DNA of 64,000 bases from assembly GCA_050613775.1 (NCBI GenBank), contig JBODTK010000013.1, positions 186,001-250,000 of the forward strand. The letters are read 5' to 3'. Positions within the stretch are counted from its first letter, which is position 1; every line of letters starts with the position of its first letter. The notes beneath the pieces were generated by a model that saw nothing but the letters and a program-made list of their open reading frames with translations, did not search any database and was not told where the DNA came from. Source of the stretch: Neocallimastix sp. 'constans' (lineage: Eukaryota). Position numbers and translations under genes: made by a program. Of this stretch, positions 1-13,195 are shown one piece after another.

Positions 1-1
1 T

Positions 2-805
2 GGGAAATTTGGTTTACCGAATGATTCAGGTTATGCTTATATTTCTATTGATCCTACCAACACATACATTTATAAGTTTGAGAAAGTGGCAACAGATGAA
101 ATAAAAATTCAAACTATTGCCAATGACGGTTATTACTATACAATAGATAAAGAAATGTATTACTGTAATCTAGATGAAGATCATGACTGTAGACCTATTG
201 ATGAAACTGGCTACTACATAACAAATACAGGTGCTATTTACTACTGTATTCATGATTCTGAGGAGTTGGAAGCGACCGAATGTACAAAGCAACTTTGTAT
301 CAATGGTCAATATTATTATATCGAGGAGACTTATTATCGCTGTGATACTCATTCCAATTTCGTTCCAATGAAATCACGATACTGTTCCTACGACGAAAAT
401 GTCGTCATTAATTTCCCATTGGCTTTAACAGAAGAATTACCAGGAATTGTTAAACAAGCCGTTAAGGAAATTAGTAAACATAACAACTCTACCGCGGTAT
501 CTCGAAGTCATGGAAAGAACTATTTAGAATCAATTAGCGGTATCTTTACTAATTGTACATACAACGAGGAAGAAAGTACCTCCATGTTTGATTTGGTCTG
601 TATCAATAACTATGTTGATGTTGATAAAGAAACTAATGAAGTTAAAATTTGTTCCATTGAGCAACTTGGCTATGTGGAATGTATAGAAAATGAAGAAAAT
701 CCAGAAAAATGCAATATAAGTAGTTATTCCAATTTAATAAAACCCTCTATATTTATGATCATATTTTTAATTTTAATATCGGTAATTCTCATCTTCAATG
801 TTTAA
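2..805 (+). CDS. 3' part of a scaffoldin-like Cys-rich surface protein, running off the left edge; paralog of the 32732-44226 gene
   Basis: The frame is open from base 2 (GKFGLPNDSGYAYISIDPTNTYIYKF...). It aligns nearly colinearly with the last ~270 aa of the 3090-aa ORF (GYAYIxxDP, GYYYTxDxEMYxC, NFPLALTEE, SGIFTNCTY, FDLVCINNYV). It ends in a hydrophobic tail with no cytosolic segment. Confidence 0.9.
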   Translation, partial: GKFGLPNDSGYAYISIDPTNTYIYKFEKVATDEIKIQTIANDGYYYTIDKEMYYCNLDEDHDCRPIDETGYYITNTGAIYYCIHDSEELEATECTKQLCINGQYYYIEETYYRCDTHSNFVPMKSRYCSYDENVVINFPLALTEELPGIVKQAVKEISKHNNSTAVSRSHGKNYLESISGIFTNCTYNEEESTSMFDLVCINNYVDVDKETNEVKICSIEQLGYVECIENEENPEKCNISSYSNLIKPSIFMIIFLILISVILIFNV

Positions 806-1849
806 TATACAATAGATATCTATTAAAATTTCAATAAATCAATGTATATAGATTTTTAAAAAAAGAAGCTAAAAAAAATAAAATATAATATATATATAAA
901 AATTTTTTATTGAAATTAATACTATAATAATACAAAAAGAAATTACTTTTATTCGTCTTCTATTCAAAAATAAATTGAATATAATACATACCGATTAAAA
1001 AAACTAATTTATTTTATTCTTTAATTAATATACATATACTAATTAAAATTCAGTATAATCAAACAATTTATCAAATTATGATATTATCATTAAATATATT
1101 ATTTGTATATTTTTTAAAGTATAAATTTTATATTTATTATTAAATAAAAAATATATATATAATTAGTAAAATATTCAATAGCTATAGGACTCATTGAATT
1201 TCTTTTATTCTCTTTTTATGGTTTTATTTATTTTTTTTTTCATAAATATATAATATATAAATATTATTACATAACTAATATAAATAATTAAATACTAATT
1301 ATAAAGTAACAGATAATAAATAATTAATAATAAATATTCATGGAAAAAAAAAAAAAAAAAAAAAATAAGGCAAATAGTAATACAAAAAATAAAATATATT
1401 AAATCTATTTTTATATAAAAAAAAATACTTAAAATTTCTTAAAACATTTTTATTATTAAAAATTGCATATTTAAATTTTAATACTTTTTAATATTTAATA
1501 TTATTTAAATTTTTTGTTTATCATTTAATTTTTTATTATATATTATTTTATATATTATATAAACTATTATTTATTATTTATTTTATTATTTTATATAATT
1601 TAATAAATATATATATTTTTTTTATAAAATAATAAATAATATATTATTTTTTTACATATAATTTATTTGTTTGTTTATATATACTATAAATGAAAAATTA
1701 AAATTTATAAATCTCATTATAAATATCTAGTGTTGGATTCTTCAGGTTATAGGTTATAGTCTTTCTAAAGATTTAATGAAAGCTTTGGATGCACAAATTA
1801 GGGTAATCCATGGTAATAAGAATGGGAAATTAACCAAGGTATAAGTGAT

Positions 1850-2420
1850 AAAGAAATTTGAGAAGCGATCTCGTCTTCCACTATCTTTAAAGCATGTAAT
1901 CTTGATAGAAGTTTTTAAAGCTTTGACATCTGGTGAAGATGCTTAAGACGAATCTACTGAAAATAATAATAAAAAATTCTTCTAATTTTGAAGGTCTCAA
2001 AGCCTTAATCAATCGAATTTGGAATGGTGATTTTCCTAAATCATGGAATAACACATCGATTGTTTCTATTCATATAAAGGATGATCCATCAGATTGTAAT
2101 AACTATCATGGCATCTCTCTTATCAATAATTAATTACAAATTTTGGCAAAAGAATATCACTAATAAAATCTTTAAATATGGAATTGACAAAGAATTTATT
2201 AGACCAAACCAATATGGATTTCGAAAACAAAAAAATATATATGTCTTTACAGTTCATTAAGAATTATATATCTGAGACGAAAATTTAAAAATACTAACCT
2301 TGCTTTTTTAGACCTTAAAATGACGTATGATTCTATTCCTATATATAATGTATTAAAGAAGATTCATCACTTAGATATTAGAGGTTAAGTGCTATAAATT
2401 TTTCGAAAACTTGAAAATAA
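1850..2420 (+). mobile_element. Degenerate non-LTR (LINE) reverse transcriptase fragment
   Basis: Motifs FPKSWNNTSIVSIHIKDDPSDCNNYHGISL, RPNQYGFR and FLDLKMTYDSIP match LINE RT domains 0-3 and are broken by stops and frameshifts. Confidence 0.8.
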
Positions 2421-3099
2421 AGAAGTCAAACGAATTTTCTTACAAATATGCAAACGGAAGTTAAGAACAAGAGAGGAACTCTGAAAAAAAGGACACTAAA
2501 AAATTCTCAGAAATAATTTGTATATCAAAGTACCGATGTTGAACACTTATTAATGCCGTCCAATAAGTACAAAATATCTGCCTATGCAATAGTATATACA
2601 CACCAGAATTTAAAATAAAAAAAAAAAAAATTAAAGTGATTTTCTCCCAATTTAATACCCTGTGATATCTTATATCTTAATTTTGGAGTTTGATTTATTA
2701 ATTGTCAAAAGAATTTAAATCCATAAGTGTAACATTTCGCTTATTACTATTAAATTGAATTGGCTATTAAAAATAATATATAACACTTTATTGACTCAAT
2801 AGGTCGACATTATAATTATCTAAATAAAATAAAAATGAAGAAAATTTTCTTATTAAAATATTTATTTTATTAATAATAAAAATATTAAAATACTGATTAA
2901 CTATAAGTATTATATATTAAATATTTATAAAATAAAAACACAAATAAAAATACTTTGTTGAAGAAATCACTTATATTCATCTTTTTTCCTGGAAAATAAT
3001 TTCTTGAATAAAAAAATGTTAAAAAGTTTTAGAAAAAGATTTTAATTATGAAAATGAATCAAATGATAAAAATAATAAAATAATTTCTAAAATTAGAAT

Positions 3100-3330
3100 T
3101 CTCTAATAATTTCTGAAATTCTTAGATTTGTTACAATACGAATATTATATTCCTAAATGATCCTAAAAAATACGGTTCTAATTTCGTTCTACTCAGATTC
3201 CGGACTAAGACTAAATCTCCAATTTAAATTTCTTTTGATTTATTCATACTCAGTTTTTCGGCTTTTCTAATGTACCAGTACTTATTAACTTTTTTAATAT
3301 TTGCAAAGGCTTTAATGATTCACTTAAGTG
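3100..3330 (-). mobile_element. Ty3/gypsy integrase C-terminal relic
   Basis: The minus strand reads RNLSRTKLEPYFLGSF, resembling the KLxPxxxGPF motif. A similar segment lies near 51360. Confidence 0.4.
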
Positions 3331-3639
3331 AGATATAAAAATTACAAGACTAAAATCTGAGATTTTTTTACACTCTTTGTTGGTCTTTCAACAATATTAA
3401 ATAGTGGTAGATCTTCACATTTATATAGTTATTCGAAACTTGAATGATTAGTTACTGAATTTTTGGTTTGCCTTAAAACCCATAATGTAGAAGGAAGAAT
3501 CATATTCCAGTCTTGATTCTTAGAACCTAGTAACTACAGTTTCCTATTCCTATTTTCAATTAATCCTTTACTCGTAGGGTGTTACCTCATTAGTGAAGTT
3601 TATATAAACATCATATAAGTCCAAAAAGACTAGTTACTA

Positions 3640-4122
3640 CTTATTTATAAACAAAATATTTATTAATAATTTTATTAAATAATAATTAACTAAAACTAAA
3701 TTATAATTAATTCAATAAACTTTCAACTTACTTATAATAATAATTAAAATCAATAAGAACTTATTATCTATTTATTATATAAATATTATGAATACTAATG
3801 TTTATATATTAACAATTCAAAACTATTTTTATAAACTATTTAAATTAATTTTAACTATTTAAAACTATTCCGAAATTAATTTTAAAGTAATTTAAACAAA
3901 CTAAACTAAATTAAATAAAATAACTAAATTAAATAAGCTAGACTAAATTAACTACTTAAATAAATTATTTAAATTAAATTTATTATCCACAATTATTTAC
4001 AAATAATTTTTCCTTTTGAAAAGTTTACACAAATTTATAATTAATTTTTATATACGAAAATCATAAATTTATGTAATTTTATTACTTTAATTAATTATTA
4101 AAGATTTTATTAAATCTTTACA
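3640..4122 (-). mobile_element. Diverged partial LTR, family E
   Basis: The reverse complement begins TGTAAAGATTTAATAAAATCTTTAATA, like 17845 and 63788. The left boundary is uncertain. Confidence 0.55.
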
Positions 4123-4237
4123 CTGTGTAAGATATATGGCAGAATAATAATAAGCCACATATTATGTCAACTATATATACTACAAAATATTTACTATTAT
4201 ATTTTTACATAATAAAGATATACTTATTTCTAAAACA
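4123..4237 (+). mobile_element. Fragment of a family-A-like copia LTR, interrupted by LTR-E
   Basis: aataataataagccacatattatgtcaactata...cttatttctaaaa matches the 3' half of the LTR at 10388-10596. Confidence 0.5.
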
Positions 4238-4519
4238 GTTTAATCTTATTTTCCTTTATTAATTCTCTTACATAATAGAATCTGATATATAGATTCTATG
4301 ATTTTGGATTGATTGATCATATAAGAAGAATTGCTAAAAGTTATTGTTATAAATTCTGTATCATTGTCTAATGAGTTTGATTTAATTTTTATATTGAATT
4401 AATTTTTTATTCTAATGAACTAATATAATTGGAATGTATATCCTTTATTTTTAGGAAGGATAATCCATTCATATCAAGAATGGACTTCCAATATGGTGAA
4501 GAAGTAACTACTGACATAT

Positions 4520-5790
4520 ATTGATTCGGGAAGTGGTCCCACGAGGTCCATATGAAGTAGTTCAAATAAGTTTGATGATATGTATTCCGACCTTTTATAA
4601 GGTTAATTATTAAGTTTACAGTTTGTACAAATTTGGAAATAAGGGTGGTGAATTAGTATACTAATAATTTATTTTTAATAAAGTCGATATTTAAATGAGC
4701 AAATCTGCGATGATAAATTTCCTATTTATTATTTGAATTTAATGTTGATAGATATAATTCATAATTAAATTTAATTATTGTGGGATTGAAATTTAGTTTT
4801 TCTTTCGAAATTCATAATTTAAAGATATTGGAATTATTACTGGTAATGTTTGCTATTTTTTTACCATTTTGATTGTATATTATTGCTATTGGTTTGTTTT
4901 GCATATTATTGAAAATAATTTTATAATTTTTATTGAATCAAATTATAAACTGACAATAAGTTTTTACTGATTTCGTTGTTGTAATAATAAATTAATGTTA
5001 ATAGTGATTTAAATATTGTTGAGAAAATCTTTGAATGAATCATTGTGTTCTTTAATAATTTATTCACCGCTTGCTAAGTGAATTTTATTGTATTGATTAA
5101 TAGATTAATATTATTTGTTATTTGTTATATTGATAGAATCTTCTGAATATTTTTATATTTACATTATTGATTTTATTGTTAGTGTTGATATACTGGATTT
5201 TATATTTAAAACTTATAATTATTTGAAAAAATACCTGTATATGTTGAATTATTATTTCCTTTTTTTTAAGTAAAATTCTAATAATTTTTATTATGGTTAT
5301 TTTTTTGAACTTTTTATTACTTTTTCTATATTTAGATTTTTTATATTTATTTTTTTTTCTTAATTTACACTCATAAAAGTAGCGTTCTATCTTTTTACAA
5401 TAGTTATATTTCCTATTTTTTCTTGAATGTTTATGAAATTTTATTTTATTATGATCTTCATTGTTTCAATTCATTTTATAATTTCTGTTGGTATTAAATT
5501 AAAAATTACTATTTTGTTCTGGATTATCGTTTTTTATTTCTTTGGTTGAAGTCACTTTTTCATATACAAAGGAGTCATCTAATGGATCCAGTACATATTC
5601 ATTTAAGTCATCTTCAATATTTTTCTATTGTAATTTTTTTATATTTTGTTTTAACATGTCAATTTATCAACTGATAGTAGTTACAAATTTTTCTTGGACA
5701 ACTATTGTAATTTTCAATGGTTAGTTCTATGATTCTATTGAATTAAAAATATTTTAAATATTTTGTGTAACTTGTATATATGAAGCATTT
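4520..5790 (-). mobile_element. Highly degenerate Ty1/copia gag-integrase relic
   Basis: Minus-strand peptides: NRIIELTIENY (gag; compare NRVVELNTENY), YHRRFAHLN (GAG-pre-integrase) and FELLHMDLVGPLPES (integrase start). Confidence 0.75.
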
Positions 5791-7231
5791 ATAATCATGT
5801 TATATACATTCTATATAAACCATCATGAATGTACTATCTACTTCTCTCCTTGTTAACCTAGTATATATACACAGATCTGAAGATTGAATTAAAATAAAAG
5901 ACCTCATCCTTTTTTTTTAACAATTCCAACCATTGATATTCCAGCTAGTATATAGAAAATGCAAATTCTTTATAAAAAGTAATTATAAATATTTTTATAT
6001 TTATTACATTATAAAGTTGTTTAATAGATCAATCTTTGAGATCATGAATGAATATCATGTAAAAATTTTGATTCAATATTATTAAAGATTCGATAATTTG
6101 GATAAGTTCACATTGATTATTTCAAATTAGTGATAGTTGATTAATTATATATCTAATTTCAAAAAATATAATTGATATAAGTTAATAACAAGTCGTTATT
6201 TCAATATATTATAATTTTCTTAGAATCTTGAGTATACTTGTATTCAGGATTGTAAATAATCCTAAAAAAAAAAGTGTATAAATATTAGAAATAGTTAAAT
6301 AAACAAAACGTTAACAAAAAATAGTGAATGGAACAAAGAGAAATAATTATATATAAGCATATAAATATATACAATAATTTATTTTTTTTTATTTTTTATT
6401 TTATAAAATAGTCACTTTGAAAATAAGTATTAATAATCTCATAACGAAAAAAGATTAAAAAAAAAAATAAAAAAAAAAACTAAAATAACTAAAGTAATAA
6501 CAAAAACTATGGTAATATTAATAAACAAAGATCCTAAAAAAAAAAAAAAAAAAAAAAAAAAGAAAGAAAACAAAATAAAAGAAAAAATATATATATAAAT
6601 AAAGGAAAATGAAATAAAAAAAATAAAAAAAGTATTAAAAAAAATAATTAAATATATATATACCTTAAATATATTTTAGTAGTATGAATCTAGTTTCTCG
6701 TATTGATAAGAAGTTACAATTTAAAGATATTTATTTATTTATTTTTTGATTTATTTTATAATTTAATACTAAGTTTAATAATCTTAAAATATGAATTTAT
6801 AAACTTAATTTTATTAATAAAAATATATTTGGTTTTGGCAATTTCAAAATTATAATTTTAATTACATTATAATTTTAATCACATTGAATTACAAAGAATA
6901 AATATAAAGTATTCTTTATATAATTTTTTTAATAATAAACTATTTTATAATTAAAAGAATTAATTATTTAGTTAAATATTATAAAAAAATATAATATGAA
7001 TAATAAAATATTTATAATAATTATAACATATAAAAATATAATAAAAATATAATAAAAATATAATAAAATAAAATAATTAAAATGAAATAAAATAAATCTT
7101 AATAATCACATAAAAATAAATTAATAAGCACTCGAATTGATATTATATAATTATTATTATAATATATAATATATATTAAATTATATATTATTTTATAATT
7201 TATTGAATTATATATTTATTTTATAATATAT

Positions 7232-9650
7232 GGGAGTATTGCATTTCGGGAGTATTGCATTTCGACATAATTTATGTTTGATCATTTATTCATATATTAC
7301 AATGTGGCTTGTAAAAATAAATGAATAGGAATAGGGTTAAATTTATTTTTATTTTTATTTTTATTTTTTTTTTTTTTTAATTTTAATAACATATACAGTA
7401 AAAATATATATATATAATAAAATAATAAAAAAAAAAAAATAAATAAAAATAAATATTAAAGTAAAATAAAAAATATAAAAAAAATAAATAATAATGTAAA
7501 TTATAAATTATATAAAAAAAAAAAAAAAGTGAAATAAAAAATAGAAAAAAAAAAAAGTATAAAAATAAGATAAAAAAAAAATAAATAATAAAGTAAAATA
7601 TAAGATAAAAAAAAAAAAAAAAAAAAAAAGAATAAAATAAAATATAAGATAAAATAAAAATAGATTAAAACAAAATTAAAAAATAAAAAATAAAACTTTT
7701 AATTTAAAATATTTATAATAAATGGATAATCAATTAGAAATAAGTGAAACTAATAAAGAAGAAAAAAACCAAATCATTGTAAATAGAAAATATAAATTTA
7801 ATTTATGGTATATAACGAATAATACAAAAATATTCAAATGTACTAAATATAAAACAGTTAAAAAATGTAAATCTTACATTATTCTAAATGATAATAATAA
7901 AGTAATAAAATATGAAAACAAACATACTCATCCAGGAAAAGAATATGATGCATCTGTATCAATAGTAAAACATAAAATGAAAAATGAAATTAGAAAAACC
8001 TCAATCCCATTTGATATAAATCAAAAACATATATATAATGAAATATCTGAAGAAATTGGATTGATATGCCCTGAATATAATTCAATTAAATCCCAAATAT
8101 CAAGATATATAAAAAAACAACTACCTCCTGATATATCAAAATTTAATGAAATTCCAGATAAATCTGAATATTTTATAAACGAAAGAGATGAAAATTTTAT
8201 GATATACAAAAATTCTAATATTATAACTTTTCAATCATCATTCCCCATTCTAAACAGAATTGTTTATTAAATACAACGAAAATATGTTTGCTGATGGTAC
8301 ATTTTATATTGCACCAATATTTGGTTATCAAGTATTTATAACAAGAGTATTTGCTCCAGAAATAAATAGTTTTTATACTACATCACTATCTATATTATAT
8401 AATAAAGAACAAGTAAACTATGAATTGTTATTTTAAGAATTAAAAAGAAATGAAAGTAGATATAATAATAATATTATAGTTACACCAAAAATTTTGCATT
8501 GTGATTTTGAAAAAGGTATATCCAATGCTGCCATTAAAATATTTCCTAATATTACTATTAAATATTGTGTATGGCATTATAAAAGATCGTTAGAAGTTCA
8601 AAAAAATAAATTATGTTATAATGAAGTTGAAAATAATCATAAAATTTATTTGTTATATAAAGCTATTACAAATTTTCCTTTTATAAATCCTAAATATATA
8701 TTTGATATTTATAATTATATTAAAATTATATGTCAAATATATAATTATTTCATTTTTTTAAATTTTTTGGAATATTTAATAAGACTTACTAATATATATA
8801 TGATATTTAATATTGGAATTATTATAACGATATAAACCACATAATAAATAATGCTTCAGAATCTTTTAATAATTACTTAAAAAAATTGTTTTACAAAAAA
8901 CCTTTTTTCTATGAATTGATTTATCGTTTAAAAAGAGAAGAATCTTTATCTTACAATAATTACAAAAGGAAAATTGAAGGAGTTTGGAAAAAAAAAAAAA
9001 GAAGAATATTAACAAAAACTGATGAAATCAATGATTTAATTAAAAAATACAAAAAAAAGGAATCCGAATTAATTGATAAAAAATGTGATAAAAATGGTAT
9101 CATTAATTTATAGTATAAATGTTTATTAGAATTAAACAAGCTCTAAATTTATAAATAATAATAATTAACTAGAATATATATAGTTTAAATTATATTAATA
9201 TCAATATCAATATATTTTATTAATATCAATATTATTATATTTTATTAATATCAATATCTTTATATTTTATTTATATCAATATCTTTATATTTTATTTATA
9301 TCAATATCAATATTTAAATTTTATTAATAATAAATATTTAATATTAAAATAAAATTTATTTTGTTATTTAATTAATAATAAAATATTAAATATTTAATAA
9401 TAAATTATAATAATAAAATGAAAATTAATTAAATAATTGGAAATAAATAAAAATAAAATAAAATTCTTAACAGAAAACTTATTTATTCTTTTATTTATTA
9501 TTTTTTTTTAGTTTTTATTTTATTTTTTTAATGCTAAAATACAATAAATAAAAATATACGTTGAAAGTTGTGGCGTATTACATAATTTATACGTATTGTA
9601 CAAATATTTATGCTGATTATACATAAATTATGTCGAAATGCTTCACATCC
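7232..9650 (+). mobile_element. Mutator-like (MULE) DNA transposon, copy 1
   Basis: Imperfect TIRs sharing GCATTTCGACATAATTTATG (left ~7257; reverse complement ending 9641) enclose a transposase pseudogene. Near-identical to 53268-55715. No TSD found. Confidence 0.9.
7722..9146 (+). pseudogene. MULE transposase pseudogene with several frameshifts and stops
   Basis: ORF pieces 7722-8270, 8494-8835 and 8886-9113. Motifs: FKC..C..HTH (FLYWCH/WRKY-like), ADGTF, HCDFEKG, CVWH, NNASE. Confidence 0.9.
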
Positions 9651-9744
9651 AAATTTAAGTAAAATCATAAATTATATAAAATACATAAAATTAATTTAAA
9701 CATAAAATTTATAACATAAATTTTATGTTATGTATATACATAAA

Positions 9745-10355
9745 TTTTTTTTTTAGACTTTCCTTGTAAATCTGATCATATTATCCCAGCCACAACAGAT
9801 AATTAATATCAGACAAACTTTATAACAGGGTTGTATCAGGATAACCACATATAGTGCTCCCATATCATACCATTTCGACATCAACGTTCTCAATGATGAA
9901 TTACAGAACCACAGGATTTGGAGATGTTGGATACGACAAGCCACAACCACATACACTATAACATTAATATTATTGTACTACATAACCTTTCTCCAAATTA
10001 GGAAATCTATCTTAATACGTGATGATCCCGCGAATACATAAACTAATGAGGATTTTCAATACGCAGGAATCACCCCTCTTCAGGCATGTATACGTACAAC
10101 TGAGAAGCACAATCTTAGTGTAAACGATGACTTGCTCTATTTAGGGTTAGGTTTTAAATTCTTTTATTTATATAAGATTTACAAAGTATTACATGTATAT
10201 GATAAATATATTAATTACAAGAATAATATATAATAATAAAAGAATTAATTAAAATATTTACTAAGTATGACTATTAGGCTGTCAAATGGGTTATTTTTTG
10301 GTGTTAAGGTGGAATCGAACTCAGGACTATTGACCCAGGGTTTATTGAGTACTTT
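9745..10355 (-). other. Unassigned GC-richer island: possible tRNA-headed SINE or structured ncRNA
   Basis: Minus strand has a tRNA-like GAGTTCGATTCCACCTTAACACCA (10322-10299), CCTAACCCTAA (10151-10141), several hairpins and a terminal A-run (~9754-9745). No convincing ORF. Confidence 0.3.
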
Positions 10356-10596
10356 GTAAATGTAACAAATATTATTTATTTATTAATTGTTAAAAATATA
10401 AATATAAAATTATATAATTATATTAATTTAAGGAGAAATAATATATATTTTAATATATTCATGTAAAATATGTGGCCAATAATAATAATAAGTTACGTAT
10501 TATGTTAACTATAAATAACATAAAAATGTACATTATTATTTTAAAAAATATGATTCTAATATTTTCATATAATAAAGAAGATTCTTATTTCTAAAA

Positions 10597-10627
10597 GATT
10601 AAGAGTCTCATTCTTACCAGATTGAGC
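10597..10627 (+). promoter_or_regulatory. Primer-binding site complementary to the 5' half of tRNA-Lys(CUU)
   Basis: GATTAAGAGTCTCATTCTTACCAGATTGAGC abuts the LTR. Its reverse complement GCTCAATCTGGTAAGAATGAGACTCTTAATC resembles the D arm plus anticodon arm of eukaryotic tRNA-Lys(CTT). Confidence 0.85.
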
Positions 10628-11699
10628 AAAGATATGAAAGTTAAGTATCCAATATAATAAAATTAAATATAAAAATATATATAACTATCTAATTTTAAAT
10701 TATTTTATATTATTATAAAATTAATAATTTTAATAAAATATTTTCTTTATTACAATCAAATTTATATAAATTTATATAAATAAATATATTAAAATTACAA
10801 ATTATGATTTATATAAGCTTGAAAAGATAAGTATAACTTATATTATAGAAGTATTTATTAATAATATATTTATATCGAGCTAAGAACATTAGTCAACCGA
10901 TATGAAAAATAATATATATATTTAAAAAATAATATACATATCGAGCTGAAAAGATATTATAGTCAGCTGATATTATAAAAAATAAAAATAAAAATAAATA
11001 AAAATAAAAGTAAATTAAAATTAATATCATCAAGATGAAAAATTAATAGTCAACCGATGATATTAAAGTAAATTTGAAATTAAAAAATTAATATTAACAT
11101 AAAAGTAAAATTTAATTAAAAATAATACAAAAAAAAATTTAATAATTAGTTTTTTTTTTATTAAATAAAATTATAAATAAATAATGTTATACATATTTTA
11201 TTAAATACATTAAAACGAAATTATGGAATAAATCAATAAGTAAAAATTAATAAATTGAAGAAAAGTAATAATTAGAATTTTATTAAATCAAAATTATTAA
11301 TAAATTAAATATTATCAATACTTTATTAAATAAAGTTTCATATTATAATATATAATGTAATAAAAATTACAATTATATAAAGTCAAATATAAATAAAAAT
11401 TCAAATGAGAATTTTAAATATAATAAATTATATTAATTGATAGATCAATAGCCAACAGATTTAAACATTATCAAATTTTAATAAATAATATTTGTCTTAC
11501 CAATTAAAATTAAAAATGCATATTTTTTTAAATTAATTTATCAATATGAATAATATTAATTAAAGTTTTATAATTAAAATAAAACAAATAAAACTTGATT
11601 TATTAATTATATAATTAATTATATTACTAAACTTTAATTAATAATATCAATTTAAATTTTTTAAAAAAGCAAATCAAAATGTATCAAAAGAATGTTAAC

Positions 11700-12660
11700 G
11701 ATTCAAAAAAAAGAAAAAAATAAACTAAAATTATTTCTTAAAGATTTGCAAAAAATTTTTAAAAATAAACTTTAATGAAACATTTACTTGTTGATAATTG
11801 ATATTTAGAATTTACAATATTCTTTGAAAGTATCAATATGAAAATTTATAGGATCAATTATACTTTTAAGTTTTGATAATTAATCTTTAAAGCTATAAGA
11901 AATTATTTATAATTAAGAATTCAATGATGTTTATATTTTCAACGTGATGCAATTTCGATATTCAGAATAAATTTTATTTGATAAATTGAAGTGTTAAATT
12001 TGATTTTTTAAAATGAAGCGCTATTTGTTTTTTAATTATTTGAAAAATAATAAAATTAAAAGAATTATTATAGAATAAATGTAAAAGTGCATTAAAAATA
12101 TTGAAAAGAATTTAGAAATTGTAAATAAAATAGAAACATGTAAACACATAAATTCTTAGAAGTACTTAAATAATGGAAATAAAAGTTTTGAAATAACCTG
12201 ATCCAGGGAAGATGATTTTGGTGAAAAAATATTGAAATTGTCGATGTTAAGAATCTCTCTTTTGAAAACAAAGATGATCTATACGGATACCGATAAGAAT
12301 TGTCACTTTTTGGAAGCAAAAATTTGGATTACTCAATCTATAACAAAAATATTTATTTTATTAATAATATTTTTAATTATAATGCAGCCACAAAAAGATT
12401 TACAAGTAATTAATATTAATTTACTCATTATCCATTATTAATAGATAAGCAACTTTTTGAATATCACAATCCTCAACATCTGTTATTGAAAATGAAATTA
12501 AAATTGTCAATATTAAGTGCTTATTTAACTTATTTAAAAATGAAGTTTTAAATTGAAGTTGTTGTTATTGTAATTGAGATGGTTAATATTAAGGAATTAT
12601 CTTTTAAAAACGAAAATTTGGATTAATTACAACAGGAATAAATTCATTATATAATTTGTA
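11700..12660 (-). pseudogene. Possible decayed coding fragment of unknown family inside element A
   Basis: More complex than flanking DNA; the minus strand shows a recurring NIDNFN peptide (~12240, ~12505). No intact frame. Confidence 0.25.
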
Positions 12661-13195
12661 ATTTTATGTTAAATTCAACATCTTAAAATATTTAAAATAT
12701 TTTTATATACTTAGTTTAAGTTTATGACAAAAGAAATCAATACATCTACTGAAGGGTCCTAAGAATTAGCACATATATTTTTTTGTAGTTTTAGTTAGAA
12801 ATATGAGGTCTTGTATTCTTAAAGTAAATGAAAACTATAAAAAGAACTATAAAGCAAAATAAGTATTCTACTGATTGATAAATTTAAATTTTAAAAAAAT
12901 GATATATTATATCTGTTGTATTGTAGAATATAAATTATAATTAGAAGAACTGTATTTTTTTAGTAATTACCAAATGAAAAATATTTAAAAATCAATCAAT
13001 TAAAAAATATTAAATGATAAAATAGAAAGAATCCTCCATAGTTTATTTAACATAAAACTTTTTGAAAATTCCTTTTTAAAAAAAGAAGGAACGAATGAAC
13101 TCGAAGAAAGATTTGAATGGTTCACCCTTATTCTTTTTCAAATGATTAGTTAAAAATATAACTCTGTCGTTGCACGACATACCTCATTAATAAAA

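Noticed and set aside
10030..10095. Possible hammerhead ribozyme (CTGAAGA...GAAA on the minus strand)
   Set aside because: Stem II does not close properly next to GAAA and stems I/III are marginal; not supportable by eye.
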